From an uncultured Clostridia bacterium (GTDB lineage: Bacteria; Bacillota; Clostridia; Oscillospirales; Acutalibacteraceae), in the NCBI GenBank assembly GCA_947364045.1, contig CANARN010000003.1:2883-66882 (forward strand): a stretch of 64,000 bases of DNA, written 5' to 3'. Shown here piece by piece: positions 18,331 to 32,317 of the stretch. The position numbers were made by a program, and so were the translations under genes. Under the pieces are notes generated by a model. It saw only the letters and a program-made list of their open reading frames with translations, had not been told where the DNA came from and made no database searches. Every line of letters starts with the position of its first letter. The first letter of the stretch is position 1.

Positions 18331-19839
18331 ATGAAAAAATATGTTATGGCGTTAGACCAGGGGACGACTAGCTCACGCGCAATTCTTTTTGACAATAACG
18401 GAAAGATTTTTGCAAAGGCTCAGCACGAATTTACACAAATTTACCCTCAGGCAGGGTGGGTTGAGCACAGCCCTATGTCTATTCTTTTCTCACAGCTTCA
18501 GTCCGCAACCGAGGTTATGGCGACAAGCGGAGTTACTGCTGACGAAATTGCCGCAATAGGCATCACAAATCAGCGTGAAACAACGCTCGTTTGGGATAAA
18601 GCGACAGGTAAGCCCGTTTATAACGCTATTGTGTGGCAGTGCAGGCGAACCGCCCAAATGTGCGAAGAGATAAAAAAAGACAAAGAGCTTACGGATTACA
18701 TAAAAAAGCACACAGGTCTTGTGGTTGACGCTTACTTTTCGGCAACGAAAATTAAGTGGATTCTTGACAATGTTGAGGGTGCAATGGAGCAGGCACAAAA
18801 GGGCGAATTGCTGTTCGGCACGGTAGAAACATGGCTTATCTGGAATTTAACAGGCGGCAGAGTTCACGTTACCGACTATTCAAACGCTTCCCGAACAATG
18901 CTTTTTGACGTTGACAAGCTTTGCTGGGACGAATATCTTTGCGAAAAATTAGGTATTCCGATGTCAATGTTACCTGAGGTTAAGCCCTCAAGTATGGTTT
19001 ACGGCGAGGTAGCGTCAGGCGTTATGGGACTTGAAGAGTTAGCAGGCGTTCCTATTGCAGGCGCAATCGGCGACCAGCCCGCCGCGCTGTTCGGTCAGGG
19101 CTGCATTAAACCCGGTCAGGCAAAAAACACATACGGCACAGGCTGTTTCCTTCTTATGAACACGGGCGAAAAGAGAGTCGAATCCCAAAACAATCTTGTT
19201 ACAGGCGTTGCTTGGGGGCTTGACGGCAAGGTGACCTATGCTATTGAAGGCTCTGCCTTTAACGCAGGCTCGGTTATCAAATGGCTTCGTGACGATTTAC
19301 ACGTAATCGACCACGCCGCACGCTGTGACGAATTGGCGGAAAGCGTTAAGGACGCAAACGGAATTTATTTTGTCCCCGCATTCACGGGTCTGGGCGCGCC
19401 GTACTGGGATATGTACGCAAGGGGTACTATTGTGGGAATGACAAGGGGCGTTAACCGCGCGCACATCTGCCGCTCTGTTTTAGAGGCAATCGCTTATCAG
19501 ATGACGGATTTACTTGAAGCTATGAAGCAGGATTCCGATATTGACCTTTTCGAGCTTAGAGTTGACGGCGGCGCGTCTGTTTCAGACGTAATGATGCAGA
19601 TTCAGGCAGACCTTATCAGAACCCCCGTTAACAGACCGAAAATGGTTGAAACAACGGCAATCGGCGCGGCTTACCTTGCAGGTCTTGCGGTAGGATTTTG
19701 GAAAGATATTGACGAAATTGCACAAATACGCCAGGTTGATAAGCTTTTCGAGCCGCAAATGGCTATTGAGGACAGAAACCGTTATTATCACGGCTGGCTT
19801 CGCGCCGTTGAACGCTCAAGAGATTGGATTGAACATTAA
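18331..19839 (+). CDS. glpK: Glycerol kinase
   Basis: 502 aa. N-terminus [19 protein letters not shown]-kinase motifs throughout ([18 protein letters not shown]). Confidence 0.95.
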   Translation: MKKYVMALDQGTTSSRAILFDNNGKIFAKAQHEFTQIYPQAGWVEHSPMSILFSQLQSATEVMATSGVTADEIAAIGITNQRETTLVWDKATGKPVYNAIVWQCRRTAQMCEEIKKDKELTDYIKKHTGLVVDAYFSATKIKWILDNVEGAMEQAQKGELLFGTVETWLIWNLTGGRVHVTDYSNASRTMLFDVDKLCWDEYLCEKLGIPMSMLPEVKPSSMVYGEVASGVMGLEELAGVPIAGAIGDQPAALFGQGCIKPGQAKNTYGTGCFLLMNTGEKRVESQNNLVTGVAWGLDGKVTYAIEGSAFNAGSVIKWLRDDLHVIDHAARCDELAESVKDANGIYFVPAFTGLGAPYWDMYARGTIVGMTRGVNRAHICRSVLEAIAYQMTDLLEAMKQDSDIDLFELRVDGGASVSDVMMQIQADLIRTPVNRPKMVETTAIGAAYLAGLAVGFWKDIDEIAQIRQVDKLFEPQMAIEDRNRYYHGWLRAVERSRDWIEH

Positions 19840-19878
19840 GTTTATAATTGATTTAACATAAAGGAGCAAAAAACACCA

Positions 19879-21051
19879 ATGGATTATGCAAAAGAAAGTT
19901 TAAGACTGCATTACGAATGGCAGGGCAAAATTGAAATTCAGACAAGAGCAAAGGCTGGCGACAAAGAGGCTCTCTCCCTCGCCTACACCCCCGGCGTTGC
20001 GCAGCCATGTCTTGAAATTCAGAAGGACATCAACAAATCTTACGAGCTTACACGCCGTTGGAATACGGTTGCCGTTGTAACTGACGGCACAGCGGTTTTA
20101 GGTCTTGGGGACATTGGCCCTGAGGCGGGTATGCCCGTTATGGAGGGTAAGTGCGTTCTCTTCAAGGAATTCGGCGGAGTTGACGCAATTCCCCTTTGCG
20201 TGCGTTCAAAGGATGTGGACGAAATTGTTAACTGCATTGCCCTTTTGTCAGGCTCCTTCGGCGGAGTTAACCTTGAGGATATTGCGGCGCCCAGATGCTT
20301 TGAAATTGAAAGAAAATTAAAGGAAAAGACGGATATTCCGATTTTCCATGACGACCAGCACGGCACGGCGGTTGTTGTTGCGGCGGCGGTTATCAACGCT
20401 CTGCGAGTTGTCGGCAAAAAAATTGAGGACTGCTCTGTTGTATTCTCAGGCGCAGGCGCGGCAGGCATTGCCATTGCAAAGCTTCTTATAAGTCAGGGCA
20501 TAAAGAGCGTTATTATGTGCGACAGCAAGGGAATTATCTGCAAGGGCGATGAAAGGCTTAACAGCGCAAAACAGGCCATCGCTGAATTTACAAATACGGA
20601 AAGAAAAACAGGAACGCTTGCAGACGCTATGAGCGGCGCTGACATATTTATAGGCGTTTCTGCTCCCGGAATTGTGACTGAGGATATGGTTCGTTCCATG
20701 GCGAAGGACCCGATAGTTCTTCCCATGGCAAATCCCACTCCCGAAATTATGCCCGACCTTGCAAAGAAGGCAGGCGCGGCAGTTGTGGGAACGGGCAGAA
20801 GCGACTTCCCCAATCAGATAAACAACGTGCTTTGCTTCCCCGGTCTCTTCAGAGGCGTTCTTGACTGCCGGGCGAGTGACATTAACGAAGAAATGAAAAT
20901 TGCGGCGGCAAAGGCTATCGCCTCGCTTGTATCGGACGAGGAATTAAATGCTGAGTACATTTTGCCGAAAGCCTTTGACGAAAGAGTCGGCAAAACCGTT
21001 GCCGAGGCTGTTATGAAAGCGGCAATGGAAACGGGCGTTGCGAGAATATAA
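19879..21051 (+). CDS. NAD(P)-dependent malic enzyme (short, YtsJ/MaeA-like)
   Basis: 390 aa. LAYTPGVA, VVTDGTAVLGLGDIGP, GAGAAGIA Rossmann motif. Confidence 0.9.
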   Translation: MDYAKESLRLHYEWQGKIEIQTRAKAGDKEALSLAYTPGVAQPCLEIQKDINKSYELTRRWNTVAVVTDGTAVLGLGDIGPEAGMPVMEGKCVLFKEFGGVDAIPLCVRSKDVDEIVNCIALLSGSFGGVNLEDIAAPRCFEIERKLKEKTDIPIFHDDQHGTAVVVAAAVINALRVVGKKIEDCSVVFSGAGAAGIAIAKLLISQGIKSVIMCDSKGIICKGDERLNSAKQAIAEFTNTERKTGTLADAMSGADIFIGVSAPGIVTEDMVRSMAKDPIVLPMANPTPEIMPDLAKKAGAAVVGTGRSDFPNQINNVLCFPGLFRGVLDCRASDINEEMKIAAAKAIASLVSDEELNAEYILPKAFDERVGKTVAEAVMKAAMETGVARI

Positions 21052-21116
21052 CATCAGTATTTACGACGCGAACGCATAAGAAGCCTTTTGCACATTAATG
21101 TCACAGGAGGGATTTT

Positions 21117-21815
21117 ATGGAGCCGAATGACAAAAGCAGTCTCGAAAGCAGACAAAAAGAACTGCTTGATATGGCGTATAACAAGGTGCCTGAGGGCGCT
21201 GAGTATGATGTTTTTTCGGAAAATACAAGAGAAGCTACGCCGTCTTTGATTTATGATGACATTCCGTATGCAAATTCCACTGAGGTTCGGGAAGAGAAAA
21301 GGGATGAAATCGGCGAGCCGTACGATATGTTTGCGGAAAATAACGGAACTGTAAAGCCGCCTGAGCAAAATTTGGAGCGGGAATACTTAAATGTTCTTTA
21401 TCCGGGAGGAATTGACCTTTCAAAAGACGAAATCCGTATGACACGTTCGCAGTATGTTGCCGAATACAACGAAATAAACGAATATTATGACAAAGAGAAA
21501 AGAAAAACCATACTCAATTTTCTTTGGATTGTAATTATAGCCGCATTCGGCTTATCTGTATTAAAAATCATAGAGCTTTTTCAGGTTAATACAAATGTTT
21601 ATATACTGCCGAGAGTGGTAAACCCCCTTTACAGACTTTGGAACGGACTCAGAGCGGGCGCTTTTGTTGCAACCCCCGTAATCTGCGGAGCTTTTTTTGT
21701 AAGTATGCTTAAAAGAATAAAAAAAATAAAAACATCACATAAAAAAGCTCTGAAACGTCTTGAAGAAAAAAAACAAGAGCTTATGTTATCAGGACTTTAC
21801 GACACGGCGAATTAA
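21117..21815 (+). CDS. Hypothetical membrane protein, paralogue 1
   Basis: 232 aa. Acidic N-terminal half with EGAEYDVFSENT, REYL and MTRSQY motifs, then TM helices and a C-terminal LEEKKQELMLSGLYD. Confidence 0.6.
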   Translation: MEPNDKSSLESRQKELLDMAYNKVPEGAEYDVFSENTREATPSLIYDDIPYANSTEVREEKRDEIGEPYDMFAENNGTVKPPEQNLEREYLNVLYPGGIDLSKDEIRMTRSQYVAEYNEINEYYDKEKRKTILNFLWIVIIAAFGLSVLKIIELFQVNTNVYILPRVVNPLYRLWNGLRAGAFVATPVICGAFFVSMLKRIKKIKTSHKKALKRLEEKKQELMLSGLYDTAN

Positions 21816-21848
21816 ATTTTAAATTAAATTTGAGGGTTGTGACGGTTT

Positions 21849-22469
21849 ATGAACAAAAACGAAAATGAAAATAATGCTGTTTTTTCGGAAACGGTTAACA
21901 ATACTTTACCCGATGGAGACCATTATGACGTTTTCTCAGAAAATACTGCAAAGAATAAAATTGAAGCAGAGCAAATAAACCGTGACTACCTTAAGCATAT
22001 TTACAACGAGGATATGAGCTTTCTTAACAAAGATGTCCGAATGACAAGAATGCAGTATCTTCGCGAAACAGATAAACTGAATACTTACTTTAAGTCCGAG
22101 CGAAAGAAATATAAAATGAATTTTATTTTCATTGGAATTGTTCTCGTTATTTTTCTCGGTGTAGGAATTTGGGCAATACACGAATGGTATTTGCTGTGGC
22201 AGTTTTATAAAGCTCTTTACGGTGAAGCAGTTTTTGAAAGAATATCTGTTACTGAAGAGGAAATGAAAGGCTTTTTAATGATGACAACCTTTTACGGAAC
22301 TATCGGCATTGCCTCTGCTTTAGTCGGAATTTCTCAGTTCTGCTTTTTCGGACTGGGCTACTACAAAAAGCTTAAAAGTCTGGAGCGTTACAGAGCAAGA
22401 GCGCTCAATTCGCTTGAAACAAGAAAAAAAGAGTCTATGCTTTTAGGTCACTATGACTCCTTGAAATAA
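21849..22469 (+). CDS. Hypothetical membrane protein, paralogue 2
   Basis: 206 aa with the same motif order as the upstream gene (DGDHYDVFSENT, RDYL, MTRMQY, LETRKKESMLLGHYD). Confidence 0.6.
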   Translation: MNKNENENNAVFSETVNNTLPDGDHYDVFSENTAKNKIEAEQINRDYLKHIYNEDMSFLNKDVRMTRMQYLRETDKLNTYFKSERKKYKMNFIFIGIVLVIFLGVGIWAIHEWYLLWQFYKALYGEAVFERISVTEEEMKGFLMMTTFYGTIGIASALVGISQFCFFGLGYYKKLKSLERYRARALNSLETRKKESMLLGHYDSLK

Positions 22470-22484
22470 TATATTCAGATAAAC

Positions 22485-22527
22485 AAAGACAGACACACAA
22501 AATTCAGTATGTGTCTGTCTTTTTGCT
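22485..22527. terminator. Terminator between convergent genes
   Basis: AAAGACAGACAC / GTGTCTGTCTTT 12-bp stem followed by T-rich sequence. Confidence 0.7.
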
Positions 22528-22548
22528 GTACGTATTTTGTATTTACCG

Positions 22549-23133
22549 TTACGAATATTCCCTTATAATACTGTCTGCAATTTCACGCTTTGATTTTGAA
22601 GTGTCCATAGCTTGTTTTTCAATGTAACGGTGCGCGTCAGGCTCTGACATATTCTTTTTTTCTATAAGCAGCCATTTAGCCCTATTAACAATTCTTATTT
22701 CTTCCATTTTTTCTTCGATTGTCACTGTCTTTTTATCAATTCTTCTAAGCTTTTCACGGGCGGACACCATCCAGATAATTCCCTGTGACACCATTGCGGC
22801 AGAGGTCGGCTTTGCAAGCGGAAACACGCCGTATTCTGCTGTTTTGGCGCATATATCCTCAAAAAGCTCTGTCTTTACAAGCTGCATACACACGGTGTTT
22901 TTTCCTGTTGAGGCGTCAATTGCAAGCTTTGTGCCGAAATCGTCGGGAAGAGGCGAATTTATTATTACAAAGTCATAGCTGTTCTCAAGAAGCAGTCGGT
23001 TTGCAGAAGCAACGCTTCCCGCAAAAGTGACCTTTTTAAAATTCTTGCCCGTCAGAAGAGGTTTTATCGCCGTATTCATCTTCTCTGAGGATGAAACAAC
23101 CAAGACGCAGTAAGAACGCCCTTCATAAATCAT
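22549..23133 (-). CDS. ANTAR-domain RNA-binding regulator with a degenerate receiver domain
   Basis: 194 aa. C-terminal ANTAR helices (IVNRAKWLLIEKKNMSEPDAHRYIEKQAMDTSKSKREIA). The receiver-like N-terminus lacks the acidic pocket: VLVVSSSEK where DD is expected, and DFVIINSPLP where ...D is expected. Confidence 0.8.
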   Translation of the reverse strand: MIYEGRSYCVLVVSSSEKMNTAIKPLLTGKNFKKVTFAGSVASANRLLLENSYDFVIINSPLPDDFGTKLAIDASTGKNTVCMQLVKTELFEDICAKTAEYGVFPLAKPTSAAMVSQGIIWMVSAREKLRRIDKKTVTIEEKMEEIRIVNRAKWLLIEKKNMSEPDAHRYIEKQAMDTSKSKREIADSIIREYS

Positions 23134-23190
23134 ATCTGTTTCACCCTCCTCTTTGAGAATATTTTTAAATTATCGGTTAAATGCCCGTTT

Positions 23191-24399
23191 CTATTTACAG
23201 TAGGTTTTTATCATCATTTCAGGCAAATGCTCTGCAATAAATTTGCTTGACTGCGCTATTTCAACAGCCTCTTTTCTTGTTTTCGGCAAGCTCTTATACT
23301 CTGAAAGTGTTTTTTCATCTGCCTTATAGAAATTAATATTTGCAGGTCTGGGAAGCTCCGTATTATTCTTAATTCCGTCAAGTCCTGCGTAAATAAGCAG
23401 CGCAAAAGCTAAATACGGATTTGCAGACGGGTCCGGCGAGCGAAGCTCTGCGCGCTTGTACTCACCGTATGCGGCAGGTATTCTCACAAGCTGAGAACGG
23501 TTTTCGCTTGACCATGAAATAAACTTAGGCGCTTTGTCACTGCCCAGTCTTTCATAAGACTTTTCAGTGGGATTAAGAAAAGCCGTCATCTCCGAAACAT
23601 GCTCTAAAACACCCGCAATCATTGAAGTCTTTCTGTCAGCGCCGTCTTTACTCCTTACGGATATGTTAATATGAAGTCCGTTACCCGGCTTATCTTTAAT
23701 GGGCTTTGGGCAAAACGAAGCATAAAGCCCGTTTCTTGCAGCAATGGCGCTTACAACATTGGCAAAAGCTATCGTATTGTCTGCTGCCGAAAGAGCGTCG
23801 GAATATCTGAAATCTATTTCATTCTGACCGGGTCCTTCCTCGTGATGCGAGCTTTCGGGGTGAATACCCATCTGCTCAAGAGTTAAGCAGATTTCACGTC
23901 TTACATTTTCGCCCTTATCTGCAATTGCAACATCCATATAACCGGCTTTATCGTAAGGAATATCCGTAGGCTCGCCGTTTTCGTCAAGTTTAAACAGATA
24001 AAACTCCATTTCCGCGCCGAAGAAAAATTCGTAGCCCTCTTTTTTTGCGTCCTCAACTGCCTTGATTAAAATACTTCTTGTATCATTCTCAAACTGTCTG
24101 CCGTCAGAATAAGTCACCGTACAAAACATTCTTACAACCTTACCGTGCTCGGGACGCCACGGCAGAATTGAAAGAGTATCCGGGTCAGGATGAAGCAGTA
24201 AATCTGAATAAACATCTCCGCCGAAGCCCTCAACCGCAGATGCGTCAATCGCAATGCCGAATTCAAATGCGCGTTTAAGCTCATCGGGCATAAGCGATAT
24301 GTTTTTCTGCTTTCCGAATACATCGCAAAATGCAAGACGGATGAATTTCACATCCTCTTCCCTCACGAACTGCATTATTTCCTCTTTTGTATATTTCAT
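23191..24399 (-). CDS. glnA: Glutamine synthetase (type I family, short form)
   Basis: 402 aa. N-terminal beta-grasp (VKFIRLAFCDVFG) and catalytic-domain motifs (EMEFYLF, HHEEGPGQNEIDF, NGLHINIS, RIP..YGEYKRAELRSPD). Confidence 0.9.
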   Translation of the reverse strand: MKYTKEEIMQFVREEDVKFIRLAFCDVFGKQKNISLMPDELKRAFEFGIAIDASAVEGFGGDVYSDLLLHPDPDTLSILPWRPEHGKVVRMFCTVTYSDGRQFENDTRSILIKAVEDAKKEGYEFFFGAEMEFYLFKLDENGEPTDIPYDKAGYMDVAIADKGENVRREICLTLEQMGIHPESSHHEEGPGQNEIDFRYSDALSAADNTIAFANVVSAIAARNGLYASFCPKPIKDKPGNGLHINISVRSKDGADRKTSMIAGVLEHVSEMTAFLNPTEKSYERLGSDKAPKFISWSSENRSQLVRIPAAYGEYKRAELRSPDPSANPYLAFALLIYAGLDGIKNNTELPRPANINFYKADEKTLSEYKSLPKTRKEAVEIAQSSKFIAEHLPEMMIKTYCK

Positions 24400-24498
24400 A
24401 ACGCACCTGCTTTCTGAATTTTAAAAATAAAACGCCCATCTTGACAAACGGACTGCTTGCCCGAAATCAAAATGAACGCCATTGCTCATATATAAAGA

Positions 24499-24527
24499 AT
24501 TATACAGAATATATAACAAATTGTCAA
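24499..24527 (-). promoter_or_regulatory. Candidate glnA promoter
   Basis: In minus sense: TTGACA (24522-24527), 17 nt, TATAAT (24499-24504). This gives a ~90-nt leader. Confidence 0.5.
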
Positions 24528-24584
24528 TAACCGCGTTTAAAAATCAGTGTCTTTTACAAATTTTTTCAAGTTGAAAAATTCTTA

Positions 24585-24613
24585 TTGACAAAACAAATAT
24601 ACAAATGTATAAT
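24585..24613 (+). promoter_or_regulatory. Candidate gdhA promoter
   Basis: TTGACA (24585-24590), 17 nt, TATAAT (24608-24613). Confidence 0.55.
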
Positions 24614-24629
24614 TATCTTCGATAAAGGC

Positions 24630-24678
24630 AAAGGCGTCTTTGAGTCATAAGGCTCAATGGCGCCTTTTTTGCGTTTTT
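24630..24678 (+). terminator. Terminator-like hairpin inside the gdhA 5' leader (attenuator candidate)
   Basis: AAAGGCG-TC-TTTGAG-loop-CTCAA-TGG-CGCCTTT followed by TTTGCGTTTTT. It sits between the predicted -10 box and the gdhA SD. Confidence 0.55.
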
Positions 24679-24680
24679 AG

Positions 24681-26027
<1,347 letters not shown>

Positions 26028-26090
26028 GCCCGATTAAATTGTCTAAACCTCCTTTAAGGCAAAAACCTTAGGAGTTAGAATCATAACAGC

Positions 26091-26141
26091 ATAAAGGCAA
26101 TGACGTCTTTGATTTTTATATCAAGGTGCCGTTGCCTTTAT
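26091..26141 (+). terminator. Long hairpin after gdhA (weak terminator candidate)
   Basis: ATAAAGGCAA ... TTGCCTTTAT outer stem with an inner TCTTTGAT/ATCAAGG helix. The downstream T-tract is poor. Confidence 0.4.
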
Positions 26142-26177
26142 GTATTCTTAAAAACAAAAATAAACGGGAGGCACAGT

Positions 26178-26330
26178 ATGAGCAATGATGACAATAATAT
26201 AAATATACAGTATTTTTACATTAAAAGTCCCGATTTGACTTTTAATGCGTACAGCGCAGAAGGCGCATTTTCAGACTGTTATTCAGACAAATGCGAATAC
26301 TGCGAGGACACTTCTGTATACGACTATTAA
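26178..26330 (+). CDS. Candidate 50-aa acidic, Asn/Cys-containing small protein or leader peptide
   Basis: GGGAGG lies 6 nt upstream of the ATG. Sequence: MSNDDNNINIQYFYIKSPDLTFNAYSAEGAFSDCYSDKCEYCEDTSVYDY. The stop lies immediately before the T-box leader. Confidence 0.4.
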   Translation: MSNDDNNINIQYFYIKSPDLTFNAYSAEGAFSDCYSDKCEYCEDTSVYDY

Positions 26331-26334
26331 AAGC

Positions 26335-26578
26335 GTTTGAGAAAAGAGAAGTAACAAAGAAAGCCGCTTTCAGAGAGCGCCGTTTGCTGAAAAGGCGCAG
26401 CGAGTCCTTTGCGAATAACACTTTTCGAGCTGCAAGCTGAAAGAGAAATCAAATAAGCGAGCCGTCCGCCGCGCGTTAATCGGCAGTCAATTAAAATAAG
26501 TAAAAAAATAGGTGGCACCGCGAGAACAGCACTTGCCCTATTGAATGCTGATTACTACTTGTATAAGGAGAGAGTTTT
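26335..26578 (+). promoter_or_regulatory. T-box leader RNA (probable Asn specifier) upstream of asnB
   Basis: T-box sequence AAATAGGTGGCACCGCG at 26506-22, followed by AGAACAGCACTTGCCCTATT (antiterminator 3' strand). CAGAGAG-stem-GCTGAAA distal stem-I elements at 26371-26395. CGTTA F-box-like element at 26474-78. Candidate specifier AAC-A at 26417-20. Confidence 0.65.
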
Positions 26579-28155
26579 ATGTGTTCAATTATCGGCTTTT
26601 GCGACAGCGGCGCTGCCTTTGATTTATTTAAAGAAGGCTTTGAAAAAACAAAGTCAAGAGGTCCTGACGACAGCAGAATTATAGATACGGGAAAAGGTCT
26701 TTTAGGCTTTCACCGCCTTGCGATTATGGGGCTTACCCCTGACGGTATGCAGCCGTTTAAATTCGAAAACAGCTATGTAGTATGCAACGGCGAAATTTAC
26801 GGTTTTCATTCTCTCAAAGAGGATTTAATTAAAAAAGGATATACATTTGTCAGCGACAGCGACTGCGAAATTCTTTTGCCGCTTTACAAGGAATACGGCA
26901 CGGATATGTTCAAAATGCTGGACGCTGAATTTGCGCTCATCATCTATGACGGCGACAAACAGGAATATATTGCCGCCCGCGACCCGATAGGAATCCGCCC
27001 GCTTTATTACGGATACAGCGAAAACGGCGCAATTGTTTTTGCCAGCGAGGCTAAAAACCTAATAACGCTTGTAAAGAAAATAATGCCATTTCCGCCGGGA
27101 CACTATTATAAGGACGGAAAATTCATTTGCTACTGTGATATTACAAAGGTTGAAAAGGTTTGTAATGACTCTTTGGAAACCGTATGCAAAAATATTCGTG
27201 AAAAACTCGTTGCAGGCATTGACAAACGCCTGATTTCAGATGCTAAGGTAGGTTTTCTGCTTTCGGGCGGACTTGATTCCTCTCTTGTATGCGCTGTGGC
27301 TCAGAAGCAGAGCCGCGAGCCTATTAAAACCTTTGCAATAGGTATGAGCGAGGACGCCATTGACCTTAAATATGCAAAACAGGTTGCAGACTACATCGGC
27401 AGCGATCACACAGAGGTTATTATTACTAAAGAAGACGTTTTAGAGAGCCTTGAAACTGTCATTGCGCTTCTCGGAACATACGATATTACAACAATCCGCG
27501 CGAGTATGGGTATGTACCTTGTGTGCAAATATATTCACGAAAATACCGATATTCGTGTTTTGCTTACAGGCGAAATTTCCGATGAGCTTTTCGGATACAA
27601 ATATACCGATTTTGCGCCGAGCGCAGATGCCTTTCAAAAAGAGGCGGAAAAGCGTGTCCGTGAACTGCATATGTACGATGTGCTTCGTGCCGACCGCTGT
27701 ATTTCCGTAAACTCACTTGAAGCAAGAGTACCCTTCGGCGACCTTGATTTTGTTCATTATGTAATGTCGGTTGACCCTGAAATTAAGCTCAATAAATACG
27801 GTAAGGGAAAATATCTTCTCCGCCGCGCATTTGAAGGCGACTACCTTCCGCACGATATTTTATACCGTGAAAAAGCGGCATTTTCAGACGCAGTAGGTCA
27901 TTCAATGGTGGACGATTTGAAGGAATATGCCGAAAGCTGTTATACAGACGAAGAGTTTGCAGAGAAAAAAGAAAAATACAGCCACGCAAAGCCGTTTACA
28001 AAAGAATCGCTTCTTTACCGTGAAATATTTGAAAAATATTATGAAGGTCAGTCGGAAATGGTAAAAGATTTCTGGATGCCCAACAAGGAATGGGAAGGCT
28101 GTAACGTTGACGACCCGTCGGCGCGTGTACTTTCAAACTACGGAGCGAGCGGAAA

Positions 28156-28159
<4 letters not shown>
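26579..28159 (+). CDS. asnB: Asparagine synthase (glutamine-hydrolysing)
   Basis: 526 aa. N-terminal MCSI(I)G nucleophile Cys2 and SGGLDSS PP-loop. Confidence 0.95.
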
Positions 28160-31222
<3,063 letters not shown>

Positions 31223-31223
<1 letters not shown>

Positions 31224-32317
31224 TGTTACCTTTATTAAACAGAAAAATTATTTTGGAGAACGGCTCTGAATATTTCGGAGCCGCTTTCGGAGAAAAAAGC
31301 GAAAAATTAATAGAAATAGTATTTAATACCTCGCCCGTCGGCTATCAGGAAATTTTGTCCGACCCGTCATACACCTATCAGGGAGTTGTATTTACATATA
31401 CGCTGATAGGCAATTACGGTATGGCAGACGACGACTACGAAACCGAAACGCCGAGCATCAGCGCTATGATTGTAAGAGAAATCAATTTTGAACCGTCAAA
31501 TTTCAGAAGCACAAAAACGCTTGACGAGGTAATGAAGCAATACGGCATTGTCGGCGTGAGCGGTGTTGACACACGAAAGCTTACAAGAGAAATAAGAAAT
31601 TACGGCAGCTGTAAGGCGCTGATTACAGATATTGACACACCGACCCTGAAAGCGTTGGAAATTCTTAAAAATTCAGATTTACCGACTGACGCCGTAAAAA
31701 GAGTCAGCCGAAAAGAAAAAGTGCAATACACCGCTCCCGACAGTAAATTTCACGTTGTTGCAATAGACTGCGGAATGAAGCAAAACATTGTAAGAGAGCT
31801 TATAAGAGTCGGCTGCAATGTTACCGTTGTCCCCTTTAACACCACTGCCGACGAAATTAAGGCGCTTTGCCCTGACGGAATTTTCATCTCCAACGGACCC
31901 GGCGACCCTACCGATGTACCCGAAACTATTGAAACCGTGAAAAATCTTCACGGCTTTTGTCCTATATTCGGCATTTGCTTAGGGCATCAGATAATTTCAC
32001 TGTCCTACGGCGCAAAGACCTATAAACTGAAATTCGGTCACAGGGGAGGCAACCATCCCGTTAAAAACCTTGCAACCGATAAAATTGAGATAACCTCGCA
32101 GAACCATTCCTTCGCCGTCGACTTAGACAGCATAAAAAATACGCCATTGACCGTTACTCACATAAATCTGCTGGACGAAACCGCCGAAGGCGTTGAATGT
32201 AAAAAAGATAAAGTTTTCGGCGTTCAGTATCACCCCGAAAGCGCCCCAGGCCCTCAGGACAGCGCATATCTTTTTGACAAATTTATCAGTTTAATGGAGG
32301 AGAGCCGAAATGCCTAA
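31223..32317 (+). CDS. carA: Carbamoyl-phosphate synthase small (glutaminase) subunit
   Basis: 364 aa. GICLGHQ and VQYHPE. The start shares a base with the pyrG stop (TAATG). Confidence 0.95.

Noticed and set aside
24400-24498. Glutamine riboswitch or ANTAR dual-hexaloop target in the glnA leader
   Set aside because: The leader contains CGTTCA and an imperfect hairpin (TTGATTTCGGGC-AAGCA-GTCCGTTTGTCAA). It lacks the conserved glnA-motif elements and has no pair of hexaloop hairpins. The GGGCGTTTTATTTTT tail has no complementary 5' arm.
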